NCBI GenBank assembly: GCA_041651395.1
Contig: JBAZJI010000001.1
Span: 25,169-89,168, forward strand
Source of the DNA: Minisyncoccota bacterium
Lineage (GTDB): Bacteria; Patescibacteriota; Minisyncoccia; Minisyncoccales; JAGOPM01
Reading direction: 5' to 3'
DNA length: 64,000 bases
A model generated the notes under the pieces. That model was not told where the DNA came from. It ran no database searches and saw nothing but the letters and a program-made list of their open reading frames with translations. The first letter of the stretch is position 1. Every line of letters begins with the position of its first letter. Of the stretch, positions 34,258-44,177 are shown in pieces. The translations under genes were made by a program, and so were the position numbers.

Positions 34258-35144
34258 ACAATAAACCATTTTCGAAAGGGTTGGGTGCCTTGATACCTAA
34301 TAAGGTTAAAAAGATCGAGGTTCCTGGGGTAAAACACAGCGATGCGATTTATTATGTTGATATCGCCAAAATTACTCCTAATCCTTATCAACCTCGTAAA
34401 GAATTCGATTTGGAAGCTTTGAAATCTTTGTCGGAAAGTATCAAAGATTATGGCATTCTTCAGCCCTTGGTTGTTTCCAAAAACGAAAAAGTGAATTCTT
34501 TGGGAGCTTCCGTTGAGTATCAGCTCATTGCCGGAGAAAGGAGATTGACCGCGGCCAAGATGGCTGGCCTTAAAGAAGTACCGGTTATCATGAGACAAAC
34601 TTCTAGCCAAGAGAAGTTGGAATTATCCTTAATTGAAAATGTACAACGCGCCGACTTAAATCCGATCGAAAGAGCTTTGGCCTATAAGAGATTAGAAACA
34701 GAATTTCGTTTAGGCCAAAAAGAAATTGCCCGGGTAGCGGGAAGGAGCCGGGAGGGAGTAGCCAATACTATGCGCCTTTTGAGCCTGCCACCCAATATTA
34801 TTCAAGCGGTTCGCGACGGGAAAATATCAGAGGGGCACGCTCGGGCTATTCTGGGCCTTCAAGAAGTTGCAAAACAAGATAGGGTTTTCCAAGCTGTTTT
34901 AGCCCAAGGCTTGACCGTCAGGGAAGTGGAAGAGTGGGTCCAGAAAATCAATATTATAGATGAGACGGGAACGGTGCGGACAGCCAAACGATTGCAGGAT
35001 TTTGGCGAACTAGAAAATCGCTTAAAAGATTATTTCAAAATTGACAATATTAGAGTTAAAAACGAAATGGGCAAACCGAAAATTATGATTACCTTTGCCG
35101 ACAAGGCTGGTGTGGAAAGTTTTATAAAGAGATTAACGGCTTAG
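34254..35144 (+). CDS. parB: Chromosome partitioning protein ParB/Spo0J
   Basis: ParB box IAGERRLTAAK, HTH (QKEIARVAGRSREGVANTMRLL). ATGA overlap with parA. Confidence 0.9.
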   Translation: MNNKPFSKGLGALIPNKVKKIEVPGVKHSDAIYYVDIAKITPNPYQPRKEFDLEALKSLSESIKDYGILQPLVVSKNEKVNSLGASVEYQLIAGERRLTAAKMAGLKEVPVIMRQTSSQEKLELSLIENVQRADLNPIERALAYKRLETEFRLGQKEIARVAGRSREGVANTMRLLSLPPNIIQAVRDGKISEGHARAILGLQEVAKQDRVFQAVLAQGLTVREVEEWVQKINIIDETGTVRTAKRLQDFGELENRLKDYFKIDNIRVKNEMGKPKIMITFADKAGVESFIKRLTA

Positions 35145-35152
35145 TTAAAATT

Positions 35153-35184
35153 AAAACTGCCCGGAGAATATCCGGGCAGTTTTA
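35153..35184. terminator. Bidirectional intrinsic terminator between parB and relA/spoT
   Basis: 9-bp stem ctgcccgga / tccgggcag, 5-nt loop, flanking A-run and T-run. Confidence 0.8.
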
Positions 35185-35206
35185 TTATATTTGGCGAAAT
35201 TATAAT

Positions 35207-36937
35207 TTATTTCCAATCGGCATTGAGTACATTTTTCGGTTCTTGTTGTTTGGCCTTAAGAAATGTTTTGCACTGAGGATTATGGATAGCCACACCCTTA
35301 GTGCGCGTGATATAACCGATAATCGGCTCGCCATAGGACACGTTACAGCAGCGGGGAAAATAGGTAAGCATGCCCGAGGTCCCTTCTAAAACGACTTCTC
35401 TTTTTTTGCCATCGTTTTTAATTTTGGCTTTTTTGGGCAAAATGGCAGCTAAAATATCTAATTTATTCTCTTTTTTGTTATTATTGCCCTGTAAAATTTT
35501 TTTAATAGCGGAGCGGGCATGATGGGTTTTTACGAAGTTTAGCCAGTCTGGAGAGGGTTTGCGGTTTTTATCTGTTTGAATGTCGACAATATCACCATTT
35601 TTAAGCTCGGTATAGAGTGATTTAGCCTCTCCGTTTATTTTAGCCAAAGCGCAAGTGTGGCCGACTTGGGTATGGATAGCGTAAGCAAAATCTAATGGAG
35701 TGCTTTTTTCCGGGAGCTCAATAACGTCGCCTTTCGGGGTAAAAACGAAAATGCGATTTTTGAAGAAATCAATTTTAACATCACTCAAAATCTCCTCATG
35801 GGAAAGTTTTTTTATCTCGCTTTGCCAGCTGCGTAATTGTTTAATGAGTGCAAGATTTTTTTCCGGAGCTTTGACGGCTATTTTTTTGAATATTTTTTTA
35901 AGGCCCTTTTGTTCGGAATAGTACCAATGGGCCGAAATACCGTATTCGGCCTGTTCGTGCATTTCGGGTGTGCGGATTTGAAACTCGGTAATTTGTCCAT
36001 CGTCGCATAAGACAGTGGTATGGATCGACTGGTAGCCATTGGGCTTAGGAAGGGCAATATAATCTTTAACTCGGCCCACCAAAGGCGGCCAATATTTATG
36101 TATAGCTCCCAGAGCCGCATAACACTGCTCCACGTCGGGGACGATTATGCGCATGGCGACCAAGTCGTAAATTTTAGAGATATCGTTCTCGTAATATTTA
36201 AGTTTTTGGTAAAGCGACCAGTAGTGCTTGGCCCGAAAATCCATTTTTAATATTTTTATCCCTTCTTTTTTAAGAAGTCTTTCGACTTTGGGCGAGATTT
36301 TTTTCAAGTATCTCTGTCTTTCGCTAAAACGGTCCTTAACTTTTGTCATTAGCCAGGCGTATTCACCCGGATAAAGGTAGGGGAAGGCCAGATCTTCCAG
36401 CTCTCCCTTAAGCCAGCCCATGCCCAAACGGTTGGCGATGGGGGCATAAATTTCCATGGTTTCGCGCGCCTTGAGCTTTTGTTTATCACTGGGCATTGCC
36501 CCCAAGGTTTTCAGATTGTCTAAACGGTCAGCCAGTTTGATAAAAGCCACCCTCACATCCTCGGAAACCGCTAAAATCATTTTTTTGAGATTTTCCGCAT
36601 ATCTCTCGCGTCCCACATATTGGAGTTTGCCAATTTTGGTCACGCCTTGAACTAGGCTAAGAATTTCTTGACCAAACTTCTTTTTTATTTCGTCGGGGGG
36701 TAAATTTGTATCCTCTATGACATCATGTAAGAGGGCGGCACAAATAGTGGCTTCATCTTGGTTCATTTTGGCCAAAACAAAAGCCACGCGCAGAGGATGG
36801 TTGATATATTCCTCTCCGCTTTTACGCAGTTGTTCTTTGTGTGCCTGTAAAGCCAAATCGTAGGCCAGCTGGACCCTTTTCAGGTCAATTTCCGGATTGC
36901 GTTCCCTTATTTCTTGGAGCAGGCCTTCGATTTTCAT
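35207..36937 (-). CDS. Bifunctional (p)ppGpp synthetase/hydrolase (RelA/SpoT homologue)
   Basis: HD domain (HPLRVA...LLHDVIEDT), synthetase domain (YQSIHTTV), TGS domain, conserved-Cys region (FPRCCN). 576 aa; the C-terminal ACT region seems absent. Confidence 0.9.
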   Translation of the reverse strand: MKIEGLLQEIRERNPEIDLKRVQLAYDLALQAHKEQLRKSGEEYINHPLRVAFVLAKMNQDEATICAALLHDVIEDTNLPPDEIKKKFGQEILSLVQGVTKIGKLQYVGRERYAENLKKMILAVSEDVRVAFIKLADRLDNLKTLGAMPSDKQKLKARETMEIYAPIANRLGMGWLKGELEDLAFPYLYPGEYAWLMTKVKDRFSERQRYLKKISPKVERLLKKEGIKILKMDFRAKHYWSLYQKLKYYENDISKIYDLVAMRIIVPDVEQCYAALGAIHKYWPPLVGRVKDYIALPKPNGYQSIHTTVLCDDGQITEFQIRTPEMHEQAEYGISAHWYYSEQKGLKKIFKKIAVKAPEKNLALIKQLRSWQSEIKKLSHEEILSDVKIDFFKNRIFVFTPKGDVIELPEKSTPLDFAYAIHTQVGHTCALAKINGEAKSLYTELKNGDIVDIQTDKNRKPSPDWLNFVKTHHARSAIKKILQGNNNKKENKLDILAAILPKKAKIKNDGKKREVVLEGTSGMLTYFPRCCNVSYGEPIIGYITRTKGVAIHNPQCKTFLKAKQQEPKNVLNADWK

Positions 36938-36943
36938 AATTTT

Positions 36944-38995
36944 TTATTCAGATTCTTCTGGCGCTAAAGCCTCTTGCTTATGGTCGCATTCTTTATTGGA
37001 ACATTTGATTTGGTTTTTGCCAGCATAAACTAGAAGTGATTGGCATTTAGGACAAGTTTCTCCGGTCGGTTTATTCCAAAGGGCAAAATCGCAATTAGGC
37101 CAGCGTGAGCAAGAATAAAATACTCGGCCCCGCTTGGAGCGTCGTGGCATTATCTCTCCTTCGTGGCACTTGGGGCATTTGACGCCTGTGCCCGGTATTT
37201 CCATAGGTGCAGTATATTTGCATTCGGGGAATTTGGAGCAGGCATAGAATTTTCCAAAACGTCCGGATTTAATAAAGATTTGGCCGCCGCAATCAGGGCA
37301 AATTTTTTCAGTAGGCTCTTCGATTTTTTCCTTTTTGATTTCCAAATACTTACTCTTGAGCGTTTCTTCGAAGGGAATATAGAAGAGCCTTATTAGTTCC
37401 ACCCAGTCTTGGTGGCCTTCAGCTACATCATCGAGCTGGTCTTCCATTTTGGCGGTAAATTGCAGGTCAACAATAGCCGGGAAATGTTCTACTAAAAGAG
37501 CTGTAACGCGCTCGCCGATTTCCGTAGGTTCAAATTGGCGGGATTTTCCTCTTATGACATAATTGCGCTTCAAAAGTACAGCAATAATCGGGGCATAGGT
37601 GGAAGGTCGGCCAATGCCGAGTTCTTCCAAAGTTTTAATAATGGAGGCATCGGTATATCGGGGTGGCGGCTCAGTGAAATGCTGTTCCGGCTTAAGCTCC
37701 TGCAAATTGAGCTTTTCACCTTTTGCCAGTAAAGGTAGCTCCATTTCTTTGAATTTCAGCGGATTGATTTTTAGAAATCCGTCGAATTTTAGAGTTTGAC
37801 CGTTGGCGCGGAAAACGCAATCTGCCACTTCAATGTCGGCGCGGACGGCATCAAAAATCGCTTCTTTGGCTTGAGTGGCTACAAAGCGTCGCCAAATGAG
37901 TTCATAGAGTTTAAGTTGTTTAGCCTCGAGTTTGCTGCTTAAAGATTCTGGGGAATTATCAACATAAGAAGGCCTGATGGCTTCGTGGGCCTCCTGGGCA
38001 TTTTTAGATTTTGTTTTGTAGACCCTGGGCGTTTGGGAGAGGTAATTGGGGCCGTATGTTTGGGAAATAAAGTTTCGCGCTGCCTCCATGGCTTGAGCAG
38101 AGATATTAGTGGAATCGGTACGATGATAAGTTATCAAACCTTGTTCATAAAGTTGCTGAGCTAGTATCATGGTAACCTTGGATGGCAAATGAAGCCGGTT
38201 AAAAGCCTCTTGCTGGAGGGTGGAAGTAGTAAAGGGAGCGGCAGGACTTTTATGAGAATCTTTGCGCTCAATGTTTTTTACGAGCCAAACTCCGCCCTCT
38301 AAAGACTTGGTGATATTTTCCGCCTCGGTTTTATTTTTTATCTCCAGCTTATCAATGGCTTTGCCCGCCTTTTGGGCTAGTTTAGCCTCGAATATTTTTT
38401 CGCTATCGGCTTTTTTTAGGGCAGCCGAGATACTCCAGTATTCAAGCGGTTGAAATTTACGGATTTCGTTTTCTCGTTCGCAAATCAGGCGCAGGGCCAC
38501 GGATTGGACGCGGCCAGCCGAAAGGCCCTTGGCCAATTTGCGCCATAAAAGGGGAGAGAGTTTGTAACCCACCAGGCGGTCCAAGACGCGGCGAGCTTGT
38601 TGAGCATCGACTAGATGCATATCGAGTTGGCGTGGGTGCTCAATAGCTTCACTTATAGCTCCTTGGGTAATTTCATGAAAAGTGATGCGCTTGTAGTCTT
38701 TCAATTTTAATGCCTCGGCCACGTGCCAAGCGATTGCTTCGCCCTCACGGTCAGGATCAGTGGAAAGATATATCTCATCAGCCTTGGCCGCCGCTTTTTT
38801 TAATTCAGAGAGATGAGCTCTAGACTTAGTGGGTATAACGTATTTTGGCTGAAAATTATTTTCAGTGTCGATGCCTAGGGCACTTTTAGGTAAGTCTCGG
38901 ATATGGCCAAAAGAGGCCAAGACTTTGTAGTCTTTGCCAAGGAATTTTTCAATGGTTTTGGATTTTGTTGGGCTCTCAACAATGACAAGTTTCAT
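36944..38995 (-). CDS. topA: DNA topoisomerase I
   Basis: Toprim (VESPTK, DPDREGE), catalytic Tyr region GLITYHRTDS, C-terminal Cys4 zinc ribbons. Confidence 0.95.
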   Translation of the reverse strand: MKLVIVESPTKSKTIEKFLGKDYKVLASFGHIRDLPKSALGIDTENNFQPKYVIPTKSRAHLSELKKAAAKADEIYLSTDPDREGEAIAWHVAEALKLKDYKRITFHEITQGAISEAIEHPRQLDMHLVDAQQARRVLDRLVGYKLSPLLWRKLAKGLSAGRVQSVALRLICERENEIRKFQPLEYWSISAALKKADSEKIFEAKLAQKAGKAIDKLEIKNKTEAENITKSLEGGVWLVKNIERKDSHKSPAAPFTTSTLQQEAFNRLHLPSKVTMILAQQLYEQGLITYHRTDSTNISAQAMEAARNFISQTYGPNYLSQTPRVYKTKSKNAQEAHEAIRPSYVDNSPESLSSKLEAKQLKLYELIWRRFVATQAKEAIFDAVRADIEVADCVFRANGQTLKFDGFLKINPLKFKEMELPLLAKGEKLNLQELKPEQHFTEPPPRYTDASIIKTLEELGIGRPSTYAPIIAVLLKRNYVIRGKSRQFEPTEIGERVTALLVEHFPAIVDLQFTAKMEDQLDDVAEGHQDWVELIRLFYIPFEETLKSKYLEIKKEKIEEPTEKICPDCGGQIFIKSGRFGKFYACSKFPECKYTAPMEIPGTGVKCPKCHEGEIMPRRSKRGRVFYSCSRWPNCDFALWNKPTGETCPKCQSLLVYAGKNQIKCSNKECDHKQEALAPEESE

Positions 38996-38996
38996 A

Positions 38997-39866
38997 TTAT
39001 GCGCTTATTGTGTAAAGGCCTCCGCCTAAGTTTTTAACTTTACTTTTAATTTCTAGATTGGCAAGAGAGGCCAAAATTTTTGGGGCCGCCAAGCCGGTTG
39101 TTTCGATTAGCTCGTCAATGTGCCGAATGCTTCCGGATAATTCATGAAGGATCAAATTTTCTTCATGGCAGTCACCTTTTAGTTTAGCATTTTTTTGTAT
39201 CTCTTTGCTAATGCCGATCTTTTCCAAGACAAAATTAATATTAGCAGCCGGGAGCGCGCCATTTTCTAGAAGTTTATTTGTCCCTTTTGATTGCGGAGAA
39301 GAGATATCGCCCGGGACGGCAAAAATAAGACGGCCGTATTTTTTGGCCCACCAAGCCGTATTAAGGGAACCGGATTTGAACCGGGCTTCCACCACCATAG
39401 TTGCCTTGCTTAAACCAGCGATGAGGCGGTTGCGACTTAAAAAATTCGATTTGAATCCGGGAGTTTTCGGGGCATACTCGGAAATTAGGCAGCCGCCGGA
39501 TTCTAAAATTCTTTTGGCCAGTTTTTTATTTTCTTGAGGGTAAAGCGTTTCCTCATCTAATCCTGAGCCCAAACAGGCCACAGTTTGGCCCTGGGCTTCC
39601 AACGCGGCCATGTGTGCAATAGAATCAATGCCGGCAGCTATGCCCGAAATTATACAGAGTCCGTTTTTAGCCAGCGAAGTAACCATTTCCAAGCAGACCT
39701 GCCGCCCATAGGGGGAGGGCAGACGGCTACCAACTACGGCAAAATTATTTTTTCCGAAGTCTAAATTTCCCCGGAAATAAATCTCCCGCACTTTCGGGTC
39801 AAGGCCCAGAAGAAGCGCGGGAAAGTTTTTTTCAGCTGATGAAATTTTTTGGATTGGGTGTAGCAC
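38997..39866 (-). CDS. dprA: DNA processing protein DprA/Smf
   Basis: VVGSRLPSPYG and SGIAAGIDSIAH motifs, C-terminal wHTH-like tail. GTG start. Adjacent to topA, as in many bacteria. Confidence 0.85.
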   Translation of the reverse strand: MLHPIQKISSAEKNFPALLLGLDPKVREIYFRGNLDFGKNNFAVVGSRLPSPYGRQVCLEMVTSLAKNGLCIISGIAAGIDSIAHMAALEAQGQTVACLGSGLDEETLYPQENKKLAKRILESGGCLISEYAPKTPGFKSNFLSRNRLIAGLSKATMVVEARFKSGSLNTAWWAKKYGRLIFAVPGDISSPQSKGTNKLLENGALPAANINFVLEKIGISKEIQKNAKLKGDCHEENLILHELSGSIRHIDELIETTGLAAPKILASLANLEIKSKVKNLGGGLYTISA

Positions 39867-39870
39867 TGGT

Positions 39871-40413
39871 TTATTCCCAAGAGATTTTATTATTGGCTAT
39901 TAATTGTGTGGCGGCCTCCACAGCTTTTTTAATTCCGTCTTCAAAAAGCGTTTGTTGGTTATTGCTGACGTTTTTCAAAACGTGTTGCGCTTCTGAGCCT
40001 TTTTCTTCCGGCCGGCCCACGCCAATTCCCACCCTTAAAAAATTATGACCGACGTGGGCGATGATGGATTTTAATCCGTTATGCCCTTTGGCAAATTCCC
40101 CATTGCGCAATTTTATCTCTCCGGGGTTTGTATCCATATCATCGCAAATTACAATAAGGGTATTTTCTGCCAAACCACCGCGTTTGGCCAAAACCGCTTG
40201 GACGGCCCGTCCAGATTCATTCATAAAAGTTTGCGGTTTACAGAGCAAAACCAGCTGTCCGCCGATTTGCGCTTTGGTCAAAAGAGAATCGGAATACTTA
40301 TCGTTTTCCCATTTAGCCCCGGTTGCCATAGCTTCGAGAGCCAAGAAGCCCGCATTATGCCGGGTTTTTTCGAATTTTTCGCCCGGATTTCCCAGGCCAA
40401 CAATCAAATACAT
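39871..40413 (-). CDS. pth: Peptidyl-tRNA hydrolase
   Basis: MYLIVGLGNPG...TRHNAGF N-terminus from ATG 40413. The longer ORF to 40569 adds a non-conserved hydrophobic extension. Confidence 0.9.
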   Translation of the reverse strand: MYLIVGLGNPGEKFEKTRHNAGFLALEAMATGAKWENDKYSDSLLTKAQIGGQLVLLCKPQTFMNESGRAVQAVLAKRGGLAENTLIVICDDMDTNPGEIKLRNGEFAKGHNGLKSIIAHVGHNFLRVGIGVGRPEEKGSEAQHVLKNVSNNQQTLFEDGIKKAVEAATQLIANNKISWE

Positions 40414-40482
40414 ACTTATATTATAGGCATATCCCAAAAAAGGGGAAGTCTTTAAGGGGAAAAAGATTGAAACCTCCAGCCC

Positions 40483-40511
40483 TTGCGTCAAAGGTATTTT
40501 TTTGATATAAT
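40483..40511 (+). promoter_or_regulatory. Sigma70-type promoter with extended -10 for lepB
   Basis: TTGCGT (40483-40488), 17-nt spacer, TG-n-TATAAT (40503-40511). ATG at 40525 is 13 nt downstream. Confidence 0.6.
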
Positions 40512-40524
40512 TAGACGTATTTTT

Positions 40525-41247
40525 ATGGAAGAAAACAAGCCCGATTTGCAAAAAAGTGAGCAAAATCAATGGTCTTTTGCCTCCAAGGAATCGGAGGGAA
40601 AAGTCTCTAAAGCCAAAGGGTTTTTTAGCTCGCTTTGGGAGTTAATCCAAGTAATCGTTTTGGCTGCTTTAATAGTTTGGCCGATCCGGACATTTATTTT
40701 TCAGCCCTTTATCGTCCAAGGATCTTCTATGCAGAACAATTATTGGAATGGTGATTATCTGATTATTGATGAGCTTTCTTATAGGTTTTCCGAACCACAG
40801 CGGGGCGATGTCATTGTTTTTGAATTTCCCGGTGAGTGCGCTAAAAGCGAAAGTGAGGGGGTAGATAAGATGGTCTGCGGAAAAAAATGCCAATTCAAGC
40901 TCGGGCAATGGAAAGTTTTTGAATATCAATGCGGAGGAAAGCAGATGTTTATCAAAAGGATTATCGGTTTGCCGGGGGAGAAGGTTGAAATGAAAAATAA
41001 TCAGATTCATATTACCGATAAAACGAATAAAACTATTGTTTTAGACGAGAGCAAATATTTATCTCCGGGAGTTTTAACTATTATGGATAAGGGTGTGACT
41101 TTGGGGCAGAGCGAATATTATGTCTTGGGGGATAATAGAATCGTCTCTTACGATTCGCGAATGTGGGGAGTTTTGCCGCGGGATTTTATAATCGGAAAGG
41201 TTTTTGTCAGACCGCTTTCGCCCAAGTTGATTTTTAATTCGAAATAA
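40525..41247 (+). CDS. lepB: Signal peptidase I
   Basis: TM anchor. S26 motifs GSSMQNN (Ser), FIKRIIGLPGEKV (Lys), GDNRIVSYDSRMWG. Confidence 0.9.
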   Translation: MEENKPDLQKSEQNQWSFASKESEGKVSKAKGFFSSLWELIQVIVLAALIVWPIRTFIFQPFIVQGSSMQNNYWNGDYLIIDELSYRFSEPQRGDVIVFEFPGECAKSESEGVDKMVCGKKCQFKLGQWKVFEYQCGGKQMFIKRIIGLPGEKVEMKNNQIHITDKTNKTIVLDESKYLSPGVLTIMDKGVTLGQSEYYVLGDNRIVSYDSRMWGVLPRDFIIGKVFVRPLSPKLIFNSK

Positions 41248-41254
41248 GAAAAAT

Positions 41255-42580
41255 ATGAACGAAGAAGAAAAAAAAGATATACAACCCCAGCCGCAAAAAG
41301 CTAAGCTGAAGTTTCAGACGCCGACCGGTATGCATGATGTTCTGGGCGAGGATATGCTTTATTTTGCCAAAGTTCAGAATATCGTCGATGATATTGCTGA
41401 ATTTTATGGATTTCAAAAAATTGATACTCCGATTTTGGAGGATGCTCAGATTTTTGAAAAAAGCACCGGCTCCTCCAGTGATATCGTGGAAAAGGAGATG
41501 TACTTGGTGAAAACCAAGGGCGGTGACGTACTTTGTATGAGGCCGGAATTTACCCCCGGCGTAGTGCGGGCTTATTTGCAAAACGGCATGTGGGTTTTGC
41601 CTAAGCCGATTAAATTGTATTCTTTCGGGCCTCTGTTTAGATATGAAAAACCTCAAACCGGCCGTTATCGCCAATTTAATCAGTTTAATTTTGAAATGTT
41701 CGGGTCTAAAGACCCGGCTATTGATGCCCAATTAATCCAGATGTTTTGGGCGATTTTAACTGAATTGAAATTCAAAAATTTGGTTGTAGAAATAAACAGC
41801 ATTGGCTGTTCTGAATGTCGCCCGAATTTTCGTAAAGCTTTGGTGAGATTTTTGAAGAGTAAAGAGAATCTCCTGTCCTCCGATTCCAAAGAGAGGCTAA
41901 AAAAGAATCCTTTGCGCGTTTTAGATAGTAAAGATCAGCGCGATAAGGAAATAATTGCCAATGCTCCGCAGGTTATTGATTATCTTTGTGATGACTGTAA
42001 GGGGCATTTTAAGAAGGTTTTGGAATATTTGGATGAGATCGGGTTGGCATATAAGCTTAACCCTTATTTGGTCCGTGGCTTAGATTACTATACTAAAACT
42101 GTTTTTGAAATTTACGAAGATAAGGGGGAGCAATCCAGCACCGCGACTTTGATCGGCGGCGGAAGATATGACACTCTTATTAAAAGTATCGGCGGCCAGG
42201 ATACTCCGGCTTTGGGCGGTGCCGGCGGGGTAGAGCGCATTATTGAAAAGCTTAAAGAGCGCGCTAAAGAACCTTTGAAACCCAAGCATCAGGCGCACGT
42301 CTTTTTAGCTCCCTTGGGGGAGGTGGCCAAGAAAAAAGCTCTTTCCTTATTTGAACAATTCCGACAGGAAAATATCAGGTGTATGGAAGCGTTTTCTAAA
42401 GATGCTCTAAAAGCCCAGTTGGGAATTGCGGACAAATATAGTGTTGATTATGCTTTAATTTTGGGGCAGCGTGAAGTGCTTGATGGGACGATTATTATTC
42501 GGAATATGAAGACGGCCAAGCAAGAAACGGTTAAGCTGGCCAAGGTGGTGCAGGAAGTAAAAAAGAAATTAAAAAAGTAA
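41255..42580 (+). CDS. hisS: Histidyl-tRNA synthetase
   Basis: Class II motifs (FRYEKPQTGRYRQFNQF; IGGGRYDTL), C-terminal anticodon-binding domain. Confidence 0.95.
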   Translation: MNEEEKKDIQPQPQKAKLKFQTPTGMHDVLGEDMLYFAKVQNIVDDIAEFYGFQKIDTPILEDAQIFEKSTGSSSDIVEKEMYLVKTKGGDVLCMRPEFTPGVVRAYLQNGMWVLPKPIKLYSFGPLFRYEKPQTGRYRQFNQFNFEMFGSKDPAIDAQLIQMFWAILTELKFKNLVVEINSIGCSECRPNFRKALVRFLKSKENLLSSDSKERLKKNPLRVLDSKDQRDKEIIANAPQVIDYLCDDCKGHFKKVLEYLDEIGLAYKLNPYLVRGLDYYTKTVFEIYEDKGEQSSTATLIGGGRYDTLIKSIGGQDTPALGGAGGVERIIEKLKERAKEPLKPKHQAHVFLAPLGEVAKKKALSLFEQFRQENIRCMEAFSKDALKAQLGIADKYSVDYALILGQREVLDGTIIIRNMKTAKQETVKLAKVVQEVKKKLKK

Positions 42581-42586
42581 TGTAAT

Positions 42587-42922
42587 ATGGAGCAGTGTTT
42601 ATTCTGTAAAATCATAAACAAGGAGATTCTCTCCAGTATTATTTATGAGGACGAGAGATTTGTGGCCTTTAAGGACATCAATCCTAAAGCTACTATTCAT
42701 GTCCTCATTGTCCCTAAAAAACACATTGGTAGTGTTGACGAAATCGTGGAATCTGATAAAGAATTGATGGGAGAATTTATGTTAATTATTCAAAAGGTCG
42801 CCGAAATGCTTGGCGTGTCGGGCAATTATAAAGTAGTTATCAATGTCGGAGCGGGAGGAGGACAACAAGTCAATCATCTGCATGCCCACTTACTTTCCGG
42901 GGAAAATATTCAGCTTCCCTAA
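42587..42922 (+). CDS. HIT-family nucleotide hydrolase (HinT-like)
   Basis: CLFCKI N-terminus and histidine triad HLHAHLL. Confidence 0.9.
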   Translation: MEQCLFCKIINKEILSSIIYEDERFVAFKDINPKATIHVLIVPKKHIGSVDEIVESDKELMGEFMLIIQKVAEMLGVSGNYKVVINVGAGGGQQVNHLHAHLLSGENIQLP

Positions 42923-42963
42923 CAGATAAAACGCCAGTTAAATAAAATTCAAATCAAATTAAT

Positions 42964-43179
42964 ATGCCAATTAGAATCGTAAAACAGAAAAAAGAAAATT
43001 CTCAAGATATTGCCAAAAGATTTATTAAAACCGTCAAGAAGAGCGGCGTGCTTTTGGAAATGCGCAAGAAAGCCTACAATAAGAGAGAGAAGAGCCGTAA
43101 TTTGCTTAAACGTTCGGCTTTAGTCAGGATAAAGCGCAGACAGGATTTTGAGGAACTCAAAAAAATGGGGAAAATCTAA
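42964..43179 (+). CDS. rpsU: 30S ribosomal protein S21
   Basis: 71-aa basic protein with an S21-like pattern (FIKTVKKSGVLLEMRKKAYNKREKSR...). Typical rpsU-yqeY-ybeY context. Confidence 0.75.
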   Translation: MPIRIVKQKKENSQDIAKRFIKTVKKSGVLLEMRKKAYNKREKSRNLLKRSALVRIKRRQDFEELKKMGKI

Positions 43180-43180
43180 A

Positions 43181-43687
43181 ATGTCCTTGAAACAAAAAAT
43201 CCAAGAGGATTTCAAAATAGTTTTTAAGGCGCAAAAGCAGCAAGAAACATCTACTCTAAAGATGCTTCTGGCTGCTGTTTTGTTAAAAGAAAAGGAGAGG
43301 CAATTTAAGCTCGCCAGCCAAGAGAAATTAAGCGAGGCGCAAATAAAGGCCAAAGGAGAGTTGTTAAGCGACGAGGAAATCTTGACGATTGTTCAGAGTG
43401 AGATAAAAAAGTTAAAAGATGCCCTCGCCGATGCCCAAAAATCTCAAAGACAGGATTTAATCGCTAAAGCCCAAGAAGAGATTTCCATTTTGATAAAATA
43501 TTTGCCCCCACAGTTAAGTGATGAGGATTTGCGTGCCCTTATAATTGAGGCTATTAAGGTTGTCGGGGCTAAAGATCAAAAACAGATGGGGCGGGTTATC
43601 AAGGAGGTGATGCCTAAGGTTAAGGGTCGGGCAGAAAATTCCAAAGTTTCCGAAATCATTAAGGAGGAAATTTCCAAAGCACAATGA
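43181..43687 (+). CDS. GatB/YqeY-domain protein
   Basis: MSLKQKIQEDFKIVFKAQ... with the LSDEEILTIV / MGRVIKEVMPKVKGRA pattern of the YqeY family. ATG at 43181 is 1 nt after the rpsU stop. Confidence 0.8.
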   Translation: MSLKQKIQEDFKIVFKAQKQQETSTLKMLLAAVLLKEKERQFKLASQEKLSEAQIKAKGELLSDEEILTIVQSEIKKLKDALADAQKSQRQDLIAKAQEEISILIKYLPPQLSDEDLRALIIEAIKVVGAKDQKQMGRVIKEVMPKVKGRAENSKVSEIIKEEISKAQ

Positions 43688-44121
43688 TAGAGATTGCTAA
43701 CCGCACCCGCGAAAAAATCGCTAAGCCACTTTTGAAAAAAATCGGTGAAAAAATTCTCGCTTGGGAAAAGTGCGAGGATTTTTATTTTTCTCTCGCTTTG
43801 GAAAATTCGACTAAAATGCGCCAGATAAACTTTAAGTATCGCCATAAAGACAGTGACACCGACGTCCTGTCTTTTGAAAGCAAAGGGGACAAAAATTTTG
43901 CTTTAGATAAAAAGTATTTGGGCGAAATTATCATTTGCCCTCAAAGAGTTAAGGCCAATGCCAAAGAGCAGGGTAGAGCTTATTTTGACGAGCTGCGGTT
44001 GGTTTATATCCACGGTATTTTACATCTCTTGGGCTATGACCACGAAAAAACCGAGAAAGAGGCAAAATTGATGGAGAAAAAGCAGGAGAGTTATTTGGCC
44101 AAAGTTAAAGCTATTTCTTAA
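43684..44121 (+). CDS. ybeY: rRNA maturation endoribonuclease YbeY
   Basis: Zinc motif HGILHLLGYDH. Confidence 0.9.
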   Translation: MIEIANRTREKIAKPLLKKIGEKILAWEKCEDFYFSLALENSTKMRQINFKYRHKDSDTDVLSFESKGDKNFALDKKYLGEIIICPQRVKANAKEQGRAYFDELRLVYIHGILHLLGYDHEKTEKEAKLMEKKQESYLAKVKAIS

Positions 44122-44177
44122 CAGTTTTTGAACATTGCCAGTTAAGCCCCAGTCGTGGTAAAATAGAGCATTCTCAT

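Noticed and set aside
33394-35144. parA-parB as evidence that the contig is a plasmid.
   Set aside because: The window is filled with single-copy essential chromosomal genes (aaRS, ftsZ, topA, rpsU). A chromosomal parAB (soj-spo0J) is the simpler reading. I did not find a clear parS (TGTTNCACGTGAAACA-like) site by eye.
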